DNA of 64,000 bases from Dehalococcoidia bacterium (GTDB lineage Bacteria > Chloroflexota > Dehalococcoidia > UBA6926): contig CAXXET010000006.1 in NCBI GenBank assembly GCA_963666115.2, positions 288,001-352,000 on the forward strand, in the 5' to 3' direction. Shown in pieces: positions 1 through 8,822 of this stretch (position 1 is the first letter of the stretch; the number at the start of each line of letters is the position of its first letter). Position numbers and translations under genes: made by a program. Under the pieces are notes generated by a model, which had not been told where the DNA came from, did not search any database, and worked only from the letters and a program-made list of their open reading frames with translations.

Positions 1-554
1 GGCAGGTCATTTGGCGATACGCGCGACGTGTTGTAGACGATGACGCGCGCCCGCCCGGAGAGGCCGATCCACTTGCCGTCCGGCGAACGGAAGTTGGCGG
101 GCACCAAGTTCAGCACGTTGTTCGGCAGCGTCGCAAACATCGACTCCACCGCCGCGAGCCCGCCCGGGTCCTGCGCGAAGAAGATGTCCGCGGGTGAATT
201 GGCGCCCTCTTCGAGGATGGTGGCGGCGACTTCGGACGTGCTGCCGTACTTGACGCTAACGTCGATGCCGGTTGCCTCCGAGAACTGCGCGATGATGGGG
301 CCGACGAGGCTTTCGCTGCGGCCCGAATAGACCACAAGCTCGCCCGGGTCGGCCTCTTCAACAATCACGACGGGTGTCGCGGTTGGACCGGCAGGCATTG
401 ATGCCGGCGTGTTTGTTGGGGCAGGGCGCGGCGTTGACGTTGCCACCGGGGCGGTTGTGGGCCGGGGAGTGGCCGTGGGATCAGGTTCGCTTTCGCACCC
501 CGCCGCCGCAATCAAAACCAGGACTCCAATGAGCCCAATCAGTAACCGAAACAT
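1..554 (-). CDS. Fe(III)-type ABC transporter substrate-binding lipoprotein (AfuA/FutA-like), runs off the window start
   Basis: Manual translation from ATG at 554 (RBS GGAGG): MFRLLIGLIGVLVLIAAAGC lipobox, Pro/Thr linker, then LVVYSGRSESLVGPIIAQF...SPADIFFAQD...GKWIGLSGRARVIVYN. Absent from the ORF track because it has no stop in the window. Confidence 0.8.
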   Translation of the reverse strand, partial: MFRLLIGLIGVLVLIAAAGCESEPDPTATPRPTTAPVATSTPRPAPTNTPASMPAGPTATPVVIVEEADPGELVVYSGRSESLVGPIIAQFSEATGIDVSVKYGSTSEVAATILEEGANSPADIFFAQDPGGLAAVESMFATLPNNVLNLVPANFRSPDGKWIGLSGRARVIVYNTSRVSPNDL

Positions 555-923
555 GAGTTACCTCCAATTGAACGAAGAATGGATTTTCAACGTCAATTGG
601 CGAGGTTCGGGAGCCGGGGCAGTCGATAGACCGACCGCCGTCTCAGGCGGCTGCGTCGATGGGCATGGCGCATGACGCTGGCGCCATGAATAGTGGTCTC
701 GTGTGACGGCGCACGTTGTTCCGGCGCGGATGTGTCCGGGCGTGGGCCGCCGGATTGTTCCGTGGGGCGCGCTGCGTGCAACAGGGAAGCCCGCAGCCGC
801 AACAGCGTGCGCGAGCAACTGGTACTCAGCGCGGCCGCCTGCGGGGCAGCGTGGGTGGAGATGCGCCTCGGCGTGGCCGAGAGTCGAAGCCTACTCACAG
901 CCCGCCGCTCTCTCTAGCGCAGA

Positions 924-1832
924 TCATGAGCCCTTTTCTCTTTCGGCGCGCGCCTTGGCGGAACGCGGCCCGAACGGCTCCGGCTGGAACGGCTCATCGC
1001 GCTTGCGAATGAACGCGCGGAGGCCGCCCTCCTTGCGCGCCTCTTCAAGCGGGGCGGTGTAATCCTCTCGCTTGGAGACGATCACGGCGGCGGCGAGCTC
1101 GGAATTGTAGCGCATCACGTTGTGCAGGCCCTGCATTTCAAGGCCGCGCATAGCGACGGCAAGGTTGATCTTGACCGTCTCAGGGCTGACGAGCGCGAGC
1201 CGCTCCGTCAGTTGGAACGCTTCTTCAAGCGCGTCGTCCTTTGTCGGCACGACCTTGTTGACGATGCCGATGCGGAGCGCCTCCTGCGCGTCGATGTGGT
1301 CGCCGGTGAGGGCGTAGCGCAGACCGTTCTTGTAGCCCGCGTGGTGAATCCAGATGTAGTTGTCGTCCGAGATCATGCGGACTTCAACCTGCCCAAAGAC
1401 GGCGTCCTCCGCCGCGATGGTGATGTGGGAGGTGAGGGCGTACCAGGAGCCGCCGCCCATGCACCAGCCGCTGACGACGGCGATGATGGGCGTGTCGATC
1501 TCGTCGATAACGCGGGCGATGCGCCCATGCTCCTTCTTCCAGAAGCGCGTGCGCCAGCGGTCGATTTCCGCCGCGACGTTGGAGCCTTTGGGCAGGCCGT
1601 ACGGCCATTCATAGTCCGCGCCGCCGCCGGCGATGTCGAATCCTGCGGAGAATGCCTGCCCCGCGCCGGTGAGCACGATGGCGCGGACCTCGGGATCGGC
1701 GTCGGCGGCATCGAGTGCGTGGTGAAGTTCGATGTCCAACTCATCGGAGATGGCGTTCATGACCTCCGGACGGTTCAGCGTGATGAGCACGCCGTTGCGC
1801 TGCTTCTCATAGAGCAGATTCTGGTAGTCCAT
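924..1832 (-). CDS. Enoyl-CoA hydratase/isomerase (crotonase) family protein
   Basis: ITLNRPEVMNA, LTGAGQAFSAGFD, PIIAVVSGWCMGGG, LTGDHIDAQEALRIGIVN motifs; start placed at MDYQN. Confidence 0.9.
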   Translation of the reverse strand: MDYQNLLYEKQRNGVLITLNRPEVMNAISDELDIELHHALDAADADPEVRAIVLTGAGQAFSAGFDIAGGGADYEWPYGLPKGSNVAAEIDRWRTRFWKKEHGRIARVIDEIDTPIIAVVSGWCMGGGSWYALTSHITIAAEDAVFGQVEVRMISDDNYIWIHHAGYKNGLRYALTGDHIDAQEALRIGIVNKVVPTKDDALEEAFQLTERLALVSPETVKINLAVAMRGLEMQGLHNVMRYNSELAAAVIVSKREDYTAPLEEARKEGGLRAFIRKRDEPFQPEPFGPRSAKARAEREKGS

Positions 1833-1940
1833 GACTAATCCCCCTGTCGCGGCCGGACGCACCTGACTCAACACATGTTAATGCAGCTTAATGCCAAAGG
1901 CAATATGGGGGGTGAGCGGGCGGTGGATAGGAGGGGTTGG

Positions 1941-2351
1941 CTAGGAGGAGAGTTCTGCGACTGCGTCGGCGGGACTGACGGCGGGGATGGGGGAGTTCCT
2001 GTAGTCAGGGAGGTCTCTCGTGACGATGAGGCGCGCCCCTGCCGCCATGGCGGCAGCCACTTGCAGCGCGTCTTCAAAGTCTGACATCGGTAGCGCCAGT
2101 GCCCGCCTCACGTCAGTGTTGGACGTGGGAACAACTGTGACCGTTTTGACGAGGTCCTCAATGAATGAGCGAATATCAGGCGCATCCGGTTTCGGTCTCG
2201 CTACGTAATGCAGGTTGGAAATCGTGTGCCAGGACACGCACGCGGGCTCGACCCTTGCTCCGATGAGATCAAGGAACCTCGTGGATGCTTCGCTGAACGG
2301 CTCACGGTCGGAGGCCACATCCACAAGGATGTCCGTATCGATGTAGATCAC
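1941..2351 (-). CDS. PIN-domain (VapC-like) toxin
   Basis: IYIDTDILVD, DFEDALQVAAA, IVTRD motifs; overlaps the upstream small gene by 4 nt. Confidence 0.88.
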   Translation of the reverse strand: MIYIDTDILVDVASDREPFSEASTRFLDLIGARVEPACVSWHTISNLHYVARPKPDAPDIRSFIEDLVKTVTVVPTSNTDVRRALALPMSDFEDALQVAAAMAAGARLIVTRDLPDYRNSPIPAVSPADAVAELSS

Positions 2352-2581
2352 TGCAAGTACTTCTTGGCCAGCGCTTCATAGAGTGGGTCGCCCGTTCGCT
2401 CGGCAGGTTGGAACTTCCCGCGCCACCTGGTTCCGAAGGGCAGCTTATCCTGATCCGTTGCCTCCCTCAGTGACTGCTCGATGAGAGCCGAGAGTGAGAC
2501 CCCCTTGGAGCGCGCGTACCGCTTGGCGACCGGAATCAGGTCACTCTCCACGGTTACCGTCAGCTTCTGCTTCATCGCCAT
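2348..2581 (-). CDS. Ribbon-helix-helix antitoxin (DUF6364-like)
   Basis: MKQKLTVTVESDLIPVAKRYARSKGVSLSALIEQSL; translationally coupled to the PIN gene. Confidence 0.82.
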   Translation of the reverse strand: MAMKQKLTVTVESDLIPVAKRYARSKGVSLSALIEQSLREATDQDKLPFGTRWRGKFQPAERTGDPLYEALAKKYLQ

Positions 2582-2599
2582 TTATCCTCGTCGCACCAG

Positions 2600-2630
2600 T
2601 ACACGTATAGTCAGGAAAAGTATACGTGTA
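2600..2630. promoter_or_regulatory. Inverted-repeat operator upstream of the TA operon
   Basis: Perfect 10-bp inverted repeat TACACGTATA-N11-TATACGTGTA about 20 bp upstream of the antitoxin start. Confidence 0.65.
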
Positions 2631-2684
2631 ACGCTGGCAGATAGCAAAAGCCGCCGGGAAAGCCCAACAATACGCGCCGCCTGC

Positions 2685-3311
2685 CTAATGCTCCTCGCCG
2701 TTTCCGCTGCCCATGTTGCCCCATCTCGCAACTCCGAGGCGCCAGAGAACGACCAGGTTGGTTAGGATGCCGATGATGACGAGCGTGGCGACGCCCTGGC
2801 CGATGATCGCGCCGATCATGATGACGAGGAGGCGCAGGTCGCGGGAGGCCAGCGCGCCGGGCAGGCCCTCGAAGGGCTGGCCGAACGTCGCCTCCGCCCG
2901 CGCGCGGCTGTAGCTGATCATCAGGGAGCCAACAATCGCTGCAAGGGCAGCCGTCGAGACCACGGGGATGGACACACCCGGTTCGAATGCATGAGACCAG
3001 TAGCCCAGTCCGGCCAGGATCAGAACGTCCGCGTACCTGTCCAGCAGGGCATCGAAGAACCCGCCGAACCGGCTTGCCATGTTCTTGGCGCGGGCGAGGT
3101 CGCCGTCCACGCCATCGATGATCGACGACGCCTGAACGAGGACGCCTGCCCAGATGTTGAGGTCGTAGTAGAACAGCGCTGCCGCGCCCACCGCCATCAG
3201 GAACGCGATGAGCGAAACCTGGTTGGGCGTGACCGGGGTACGGACGAACGCCCGCGCGATGGGGCGCGAGAAGCGTCGGTTCAGGTACCGGGAGACGAAT
3301 CCTTCGTGCAT
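2685..3311 (-). CDS. CDP-alcohol phosphatidyltransferase, DIPP-synthase-like
   Basis: EGFVSRYLNRRFSRP, TPNQVS and DGVDGDLAR..SRFGGFFDALLDRYAD signature; SYSRARAEA. Confidence 0.85.
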   Translation of the reverse strand: MHEGFVSRYLNRRFSRPIARAFVRTPVTPNQVSLIAFLMAVGAAALFYYDLNIWAGVLVQASSIIDGVDGDLARAKNMASRFGGFFDALLDRYADVLILAGLGYWSHAFEPGVSIPVVSTAALAAIVGSLMISYSRARAEATFGQPFEGLPGALASRDLRLLVIMIGAIIGQGVATLVIIGILTNLVVLWRLGVARWGNMGSGNGEEH

Positions 3312-3319
3312 ACGGGGGG

Positions 3320-4048
3320 CTAGTCGGCCTGTCCGAGCGCATCCCGCGCCAGTTTCAGGTCTTCCCACGTGTCCACGTCGAACCAGAACGCGCCGTCAAC
3401 ATCATGGGCATGGAGAGCATTCCCGGAGAGGATGAGGCGCGTCACGGCCTGGCTCAACTCGTCGTGGGAACTGTCCTCATCGAGTTTGGATTCGATGGCA
3501 TCGAAGATCGTGGGCGTGAAGCGAAACACGCCGCAGTCGATGCCGTTCCATTCCGGCAGGTTCTTGCCGATGGCCACGATGTGGCCGTGCTCATCCACGC
3601 TGACGCGCGTCCCCTCCTCGACATCGCGGTCGTCGGGGTCGAAATCCACGGCGAGCGCGTTGAGATTCCACCCGTTTTCCCTTGCCCCGTTGACAAGCCC
3701 CATGATGATTTCCGTCGAGGGCATGTGGTCGGCCATGGACAGGATGAACGGGTCCGTCCCAACGGCATCCTTGGCGGCAAGAACGGAAACGGCGTTTCCG
3801 CGGTGGTGTTCCGTGTTCATGACGTACGTGATGTTGACGCCGCGCGCCGAGCCGTCCCCAAGCGCGTCCTGCAACGCCTGGCCCTCGTGGCCGATGACGA
3901 TGCAGATGTCCGTTATGCCGGCCTGCTGAATTCCGTCCAGGGTGTAGTCAATTACCGTCTGCCCGTTGACGGGCAGGAGCGCCTTATGGCGGATACCGTA
4001 TTGGCTAAAGCGAGAGCCATGCCCCGCTGCCAAAATGACAGCCTTCAT
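3320..4048 (-). CDS. Nucleotidyltransferase, IPCT-like (CTP:inositol-1-phosphate cytidylyltransferase family)
   Basis: MKAVILAAGHGSRF, GNAVSVL, LSMADH, IDCGVF, FWFDVDTWEDL; RBS AGGAG; directly upstream of the DIPPS-like gene. Confidence 0.78.
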   Translation of the reverse strand: MKAVILAAGHGSRFSQYGIRHKALLPVNGQTVIDYTLDGIQQAGITDICIVIGHEGQALQDALGDGSARGVNITYVMNTEHHRGNAVSVLAAKDAVGTDPFILSMADHMPSTEIIMGLVNGARENGWNLNALAVDFDPDDRDVEEGTRVSVDEHGHIVAIGKNLPEWNGIDCGVFRFTPTIFDAIESKLDEDSSHDELSQAVTRLILSGNALHAHDVDGAFWFDVDTWEDLKLARDALGQAD

Positions 4049-4193
4049 CCCCATACTCCTTTGTGTGGCGGCGATGCCCGTTTCCCCCACCGAGCCCTTC
4101 GCCGCTGCGAATCGTCGGCTAACGCCGGATGGCGTAGTCTAGCACGTTATCGCAAAGAAATTGCGAATCCCTTAACACGAGGGGCGCCCTGAG

Positions 4194-7100
4194 CTAATGC
4201 GCCGTGACGAGCGCGGCTCCCTCAACCTTCTTGAGCACCTCGGCGAGTGAGAGATTCTTGTCGCGCAGTTGGGCGGGCAGGGCCTTCCAGAACATTGCGC
4301 GATATTTGGGCCAATCGGCAAGGATTTCAGCGGCGCGCTTGCTGCCGGTCGTTTCCGCGTGGCGCTCGATGAGCTCCAGCACGTGGCGCTCATCTTCCGG
4401 GTCTTCGAGCCTATCCAGCACCAGAAGCTCCTGGTTGTAGAGCGACGGGAATTCGCCGGTCTCGTCCAGCACGAACGCCGCGCCGCCGGACATGCCCGCG
4501 CCGAAGTTGCGTCCTACCGTACCCAGAACCACAACGATGCCGCTGGTCATGTACTCGCAGCCGTGATCACCGACGCCCTCAACGACGGCTTGCGTGCCGC
4601 TGTTTCGCACTGCGAATCTTTCTCCGGCCCGCCCGGCGACGAAGAAGAAACCTCCTGTGCCGCCGTAGATACAGGTGTTGCCGATTATGGAGTTCTTGTG
4701 CGTCTCGAAACTCGCATCCGCGGGCGGCCTGACGACGAGTTCGCCGCCTGCCATTCCCTTGCCAACGTAGTCGTTCGCCTCACCCGTCAGCGTCATCCGC
4801 ACGCCCTCATTCAGGAACGCGCCAAAGCTCTGACCGGCGGAGCCGGTGAATGACAGGTCGATTGTGCCGGCGGGCAGGCCCTTCACGCCGTACCGGTGCG
4901 CGATGGCTCCTGAGATGCGCGCGCCGACCGTGCGCTGGGCGTTCCTGATGTCATACGACAACGAAACGGGATTCCGGCTCTCGATCGCGCCCGTGATCTC
5001 CGACAGGATGCGGTCGTCCAGCTTTTCGTCGTTCGGCCTGTCATTTCGGTCTTGCTCATTGCTGACCGGGCGTTGGAACGCAGGGTCGGCGGGGGCAATC
5101 AGCTTGAGCGCGTCCACGAACCTTGCGCGTTCAAGCTCTTCAATGTCCGGACGCAGCGCCAGGAACTCCGGATGGCCGATGATGTCGTTGAGCGAGCGAA
5201 CGCCAAGGCTTGCCAGGATCTCCCGGACCTCCGTTGCGACGAACGTGAAGTAATTCACAACGTTGTCGACGGAAGCGTTGAATTTCTCGATTAAATCCGC
5301 GCGTTGGGTCGCCACACCGACCGGGCAGCTGTTCAGGTGGCACTGGCGCGCCATCTCACAGCCGAGCGCGAGCAGGGCGACCGTGCCAAAGCCGACTTCG
5401 TCCGCGCCGAGCATGGTGGCGATGACAACGTCGCGCCCTGTGCGGATGCCGCCGTCCGTGCGCAGCTTCACGCGCCCGCGCAGGTCATTCATCACCAGGA
5501 CTTGCTGCGTCTCCGTCAGGCCCAGTTCCCACGGCGTGCCGGCGTTCTTGATGGATGAGAGCGGGCTCGCGCCCGTGCCGCCCTCATGGCCGGAAATCTG
5601 GATCTTGTCCGCGTAGCCCTTGGCGACTCCGGCGGCAATGGTGCCGACGCCCGCCTCCGCCACCAGCTTGACGCTGACCCTGGCGCGGGGATTGACCGTC
5701 TTGAGGTCATAGATGAGCTGCGCAAGGTCCTCAATGGAGTAGATGTCATGGTGAGGCGGCGGCGAGATCAGCGTGATGCCGGGCTGCGTGTGCCGGATGT
5801 AGGCGATGTACTCGATGACCTTGTGGCCGGGGAGCTGTCCTCCCTCTCCCGGCTTGGAGCCCTGCGCCATCTTGATTTCAAGCTCTTCTGCCATTGCCAG
5901 ATACTCAGGCGTGACGCCGAATCGGCCGGAGGCGACCTGCTTGATCTTGGAGTTGGCGTTGTAGCCGCGCGTCAGGCCGCGGAACCGGCGCGGGTCTTCA
6001 CCGCCCTCGCCCGTGTCAGCCGCGCCGCCGATGTGGTTCATGGCCATTGCCAGCGTCTCATGCGCGGGGGGGCTGAGCGCGCCGAGCGACATCGCGCCCG
6101 TCGTAAAGTGCTTCCAGATCTCTTCGACCGGCTCCACCTCATTAATGGGAATCGGCTCGCGGGTCTTGTTAAAGGTCAGGACATCGCGCAATGAGGAGAC
6201 GGGGCGGTTGTTCAGGGCGTCACGGTAGGGGACGTAGTCCTCGTAGTCGCCGGACCGGACGGCCTTGTGCAGCGTGCGGACGACGATTGGGTTATTGGCG
6301 TGGAACTCGCCGCTCTTGCGGTAGCGGATGAAACCGTAGTCTTCCAGCTTGGATTTCGGCGTCAGTTCCGAGTTGAAGGCGCGCTCGTGCCGCGCGAGAA
6401 CATCTGCCGCCAACTCGCGGAATCCCAGCCCGCCCACCTGCGACGGCGTGCCCGCGAAGCACTTTTGGACGATGTCGTCGCTCAGGCCGATGGCCTCGAA
6501 AATCTGGGCGCCATGGTAGGACGTAACAGTGGAGATGCCGATCTTGGACATGATCTTGAGCACGCCCTTGTTGGCCGACGCCTGGTACTTGGCGAGGGTG
6601 TAATCCTCGTCCTCCTCCTCGCTGAACTCGCCGCGCTCGAAGAGTTCACGCAGGCTCTCCCAGATGAGGTAGGGGTTGACTGCGCTCGCGCCGTAGCCGA
6701 TGAGCGCCGCGAAGTGATGCACTTCTCTCGCCTCGCCCGTGTCGCAGACAAGGCTGGCCTTCATGCGCTTGCCGCGCCGGATGAGATCGTGGTGGACTGC
6801 CCCGAGCGCCAGCATCATTGGGATGGGGGCGTGCCGCTCGTCGACGGGCCTGTCGGACAGAACGATGATCGAGCGCCCCGCGTCGACGGCGGAGACTGCC
6901 TGCTCGCAGAGATCGTCGATTGCCTGCTCCAGGGCGTCCGGGCCGTCCGCAGCGGCGAAGACGGTTGGCAGCGTGACGGACGAAAGGCTTGGCGAATCGA
7001 CTGCGCGGATGACGTCCAACTCGTGGTCGCGGATGACGGGGCCGGGTATGGCAAGCAGATGCGCCGCCTCTTCCCGCTCCCGCAACATGCTGTCGCGGGG

Positions 7101-8771
7101 CCCAAGGTACGTCTCGGCGGACATGACGATGGCCTCACGGATTGGATCTATGGCCGGATTCGTCACCTGGGCGAATCGCTGCTTGAAATAGTTGAAGAGG
7201 GAGGGCTGCATCCGGGAGAAGACGGCGAGCGGGGTGTCGTCGCCCATCGAATAGGTGGCGTCCTTGCCCTCCTGCACCATGGGCTTGATGATGATGAGGA
7301 GCTCTTCCGCCGTCATGCCGAAGGCCTTTTGGCGGCGCATCAGCTCCATCTCATCTTCGATATGATGCCCCGCGCCGTTCTGCATGGCGTGGATGGGCAC
7401 GTTCAGCCGGATGTACTGCCGCTCCGCCCACTCGCGGTAGGGCTGCTGCGCGGCGATTTCGGTCTTGATCTCGCCGTTCGTCATGATGCGCCCAGCGCGC
7501 GTGTCAACGGCGATCATGTGGCCGGGGCCGAGCCGCCCCTTTTCGACGATGCGGCTTGTGGCGATGTCCGGCAGGACGCCGACTTCCGATCCCATGACGA
7601 CGAGACCGTCAGCCGTGACGATGTAGCGGGCGGGGCGCAAGCCGTTGCGGTCGAGAGAGGCGCCGACGGTCTCGCCGTCCGACCAGGCGAGCGCGGCGGG
7701 GCCGTCCCACGGCTCGGTCAGGGATGCGTGGTATCGGTAGAACCCGCGCAGGTCTTCGTCCATGTGGGGCATGTTTTCCCATGCCTCCGGGGTGAGCATC
7801 ATCATGGAGTGCAGGAGGCTCCGACCGGACACCTGCAGGAGTTCAAATGCGTGATCCAGCGAGGCTGAGTCCGAGACGGACTGCGACGTTACGGGCGTGA
7901 TGGTTTGCAGATCGTCCTTCGTCCATACCTCTGAACTGAGGTCGGCCTCGCGGGCGCGGAGCCAATTGCGGTTGCCCTGCAGCGTGTTGATCTCGCCGTT
8001 GTGGGCCAGGAACCGGAACGGCTGGGAGAGCTGCCAATTGGGGAAGGTGTTGGTGGAATAGCGTTGGTGGAAGACGGCCAGCGCCGACTCAAAGTCCGGG
8101 TCGTCCAGGTCCTTGTAGAAGCCGGACAACTGCGTCGCGACCAGGAGGCCCTTGTAGACGACAGTCCGAGACGAAAAGGACGGGATGTAGAACTCGCCGT
8201 CACCCCGTCCTGCCATCTCCGCCTCGACGGCTCGCCGCACCAGGTACAGCGCGCGCTCAAAGGCGTCTTTGTCCATGCCGGGCGGACACGCAATGATCGC
8301 CTGCCGGATGTCCGGCAGCGTCGCCAGCGCCTGTTCGCCGAGCACGGACGGATCGTTGGGCACATCGCGCCACATGAGGAAGCGCAAGCCTCGCCGTGCC
8401 GTTTCGTTCTCGATGGTTGCGACGGCGTGTTGCGTGCCCTCGGGGTCGGCCTGCGTGAAGAAGACCATGCCGAGGGCAAGGTCGTCAGCGGAGACGCCGG
8501 AGATGCCCTGCGCGGACAACTCGCGGAGGAGGAGCTTGCGGGGGAGCTGCGTCAGGATGCCCGCGCCGTCGCCCGTGCGGGCGTCCGCGGAGACCGCGCC
8601 GCGGTGTGTGAGATTGGTGACGGCGGTGATCGCCTGCCTGACGATGTCATGCGACGGGACGCCGGAAACCTGGGCGATGAAGCCGGTTCCGCAGGCGTCC
8701 TTTTCGTGAATAGGATCGTATAGCGGCGGCGCGTCGGGACGCCGCCACCCCCGTGCCTCTAATTTGACCAT
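4194..8771 (-). CDS. gltB: Glutamate synthase large subunit
   Basis: HEKDACGTG N-terminal Cys, HQRYSTNTFP, EPWDGPA, KQVASGRFGV, QGSKPGEGGQLPG, C-x5-C-x4-C cluster, GXGXG domain. Confidence 0.97.
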   Translation of the reverse strand: MVKLEARGWRRPDAPPLYDPIHEKDACGTGFIAQVSGVPSHDIVRQAITAVTNLTHRGAVSADARTGDGAGILTQLPRKLLLRELSAQGISGVSADDLALGMVFFTQADPEGTQHAVATIENETARRGLRFLMWRDVPNDPSVLGEQALATLPDIRQAIIACPPGMDKDAFERALYLVRRAVEAEMAGRGDGEFYIPSFSSRTVVYKGLLVATQLSGFYKDLDDPDFESALAVFHQRYSTNTFPNWQLSQPFRFLAHNGEINTLQGNRNWLRAREADLSSEVWTKDDLQTITPVTSQSVSDSASLDHAFELLQVSGRSLLHSMMMLTPEAWENMPHMDEDLRGFYRYHASLTEPWDGPAALAWSDGETVGASLDRNGLRPARYIVTADGLVVMGSEVGVLPDIATSRIVEKGRLGPGHMIAVDTRAGRIMTNGEIKTEIAAQQPYREWAERQYIRLNVPIHAMQNGAGHHIEDEMELMRRQKAFGMTAEELLIIIKPMVQEGKDATYSMGDDTPLAVFSRMQPSLFNYFKQRFAQVTNPAIDPIREAIVMSAETYLGPRDSMLREREEAAHLLAIPGPVIRDHELDVIRAVDSPSLSSVTLPTVFAAADGPDALEQAIDDLCEQAVSAVDAGRSIIVLSDRPVDERHAPIPMMLALGAVHHDLIRRGKRMKASLVCDTGEAREVHHFAALIGYGASAVNPYLIWESLRELFERGEFSEEEDEDYTLAKYQASANKGVLKIMSKIGISTVTSYHGAQIFEAIGLSDDIVQKCFAGTPSQVGGLGFRELAADVLARHERAFNSELTPKSKLEDYGFIRYRKSGEFHANNPIVVRTLHKAVRSGDYEDYVPYRDALNNRPVSSLRDVLTFNKTREPIPINEVEPVEEIWKHFTTGAMSLGALSPPAHETLAMAMNHIGGAADTGEGGEDPRRFRGLTRGYNANSKIKQVASGRFGVTPEYLAMAEELEIKMAQGSKPGEGGQLPGHKVIEYIAYIRHTQPGITLISPPPHHDIYSIEDLAQLIYDLKTVNPRARVSVKLVAEAGVGTIAAGVAKGYADKIQISGHEGGTGASPLSSIKNAGTPWELGLTETQQVLVMNDLRGRVKLRTDGGIRTGRDVVIATMLGADEVGFGTVALLALGCEMARQCHLNSCPVGVATQRADLIEKFNASVDNVVNYFTFVATEVREILASLGVRSLNDIIGHPEFLALRPDIEELERARFVDALKLIAPADPAFQRPVSNEQDRNDRPNDEKLDDRILSEITGAIESRNPVSLSYDIRNAQRTVGARISGAIAHRYGVKGLPAGTIDLSFTGSAGQSFGAFLNEGVRMTLTGEANDYVGKGMAGGELVVRPPADASFETHKNSIIGNTCIYGGTGGFFFVAGRAGERFAVRNSGTQAVVEGVGDHGCEYMTSGIVVVLGTVGRNFGAGMSGGAAFVLDETGEFPSLYNQELLVLDRLEDPEDERHVLELIERHAETTGSKRAAEILADWPKYRAMFWKALPAQLRDKNLSLAEVLKKVEGAALVTAH

Positions 8772-8822
8772 AGCCAATTGTACACAAAACCCCCTTCAAT
8801 CTCACGGGGTGTGCGACAGATT

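Noticed and set aside
558-917. Short ORFs or a riboswitch in the gap upstream of the iron-binding protein gene
   Set aside because: The translations are Arg/Ala/Pro-rich without motifs, and I could not identify cobalamin, TPP or other aptamer consensus by eye.
3300-3330. Frameshifted IPCT-DIPPS fusion at the C6 run
   Set aside because: The upstream gene ends in TAG before the run and the downstream gene has its own ATG 8 bp later; two separate genes is the simpler reading.
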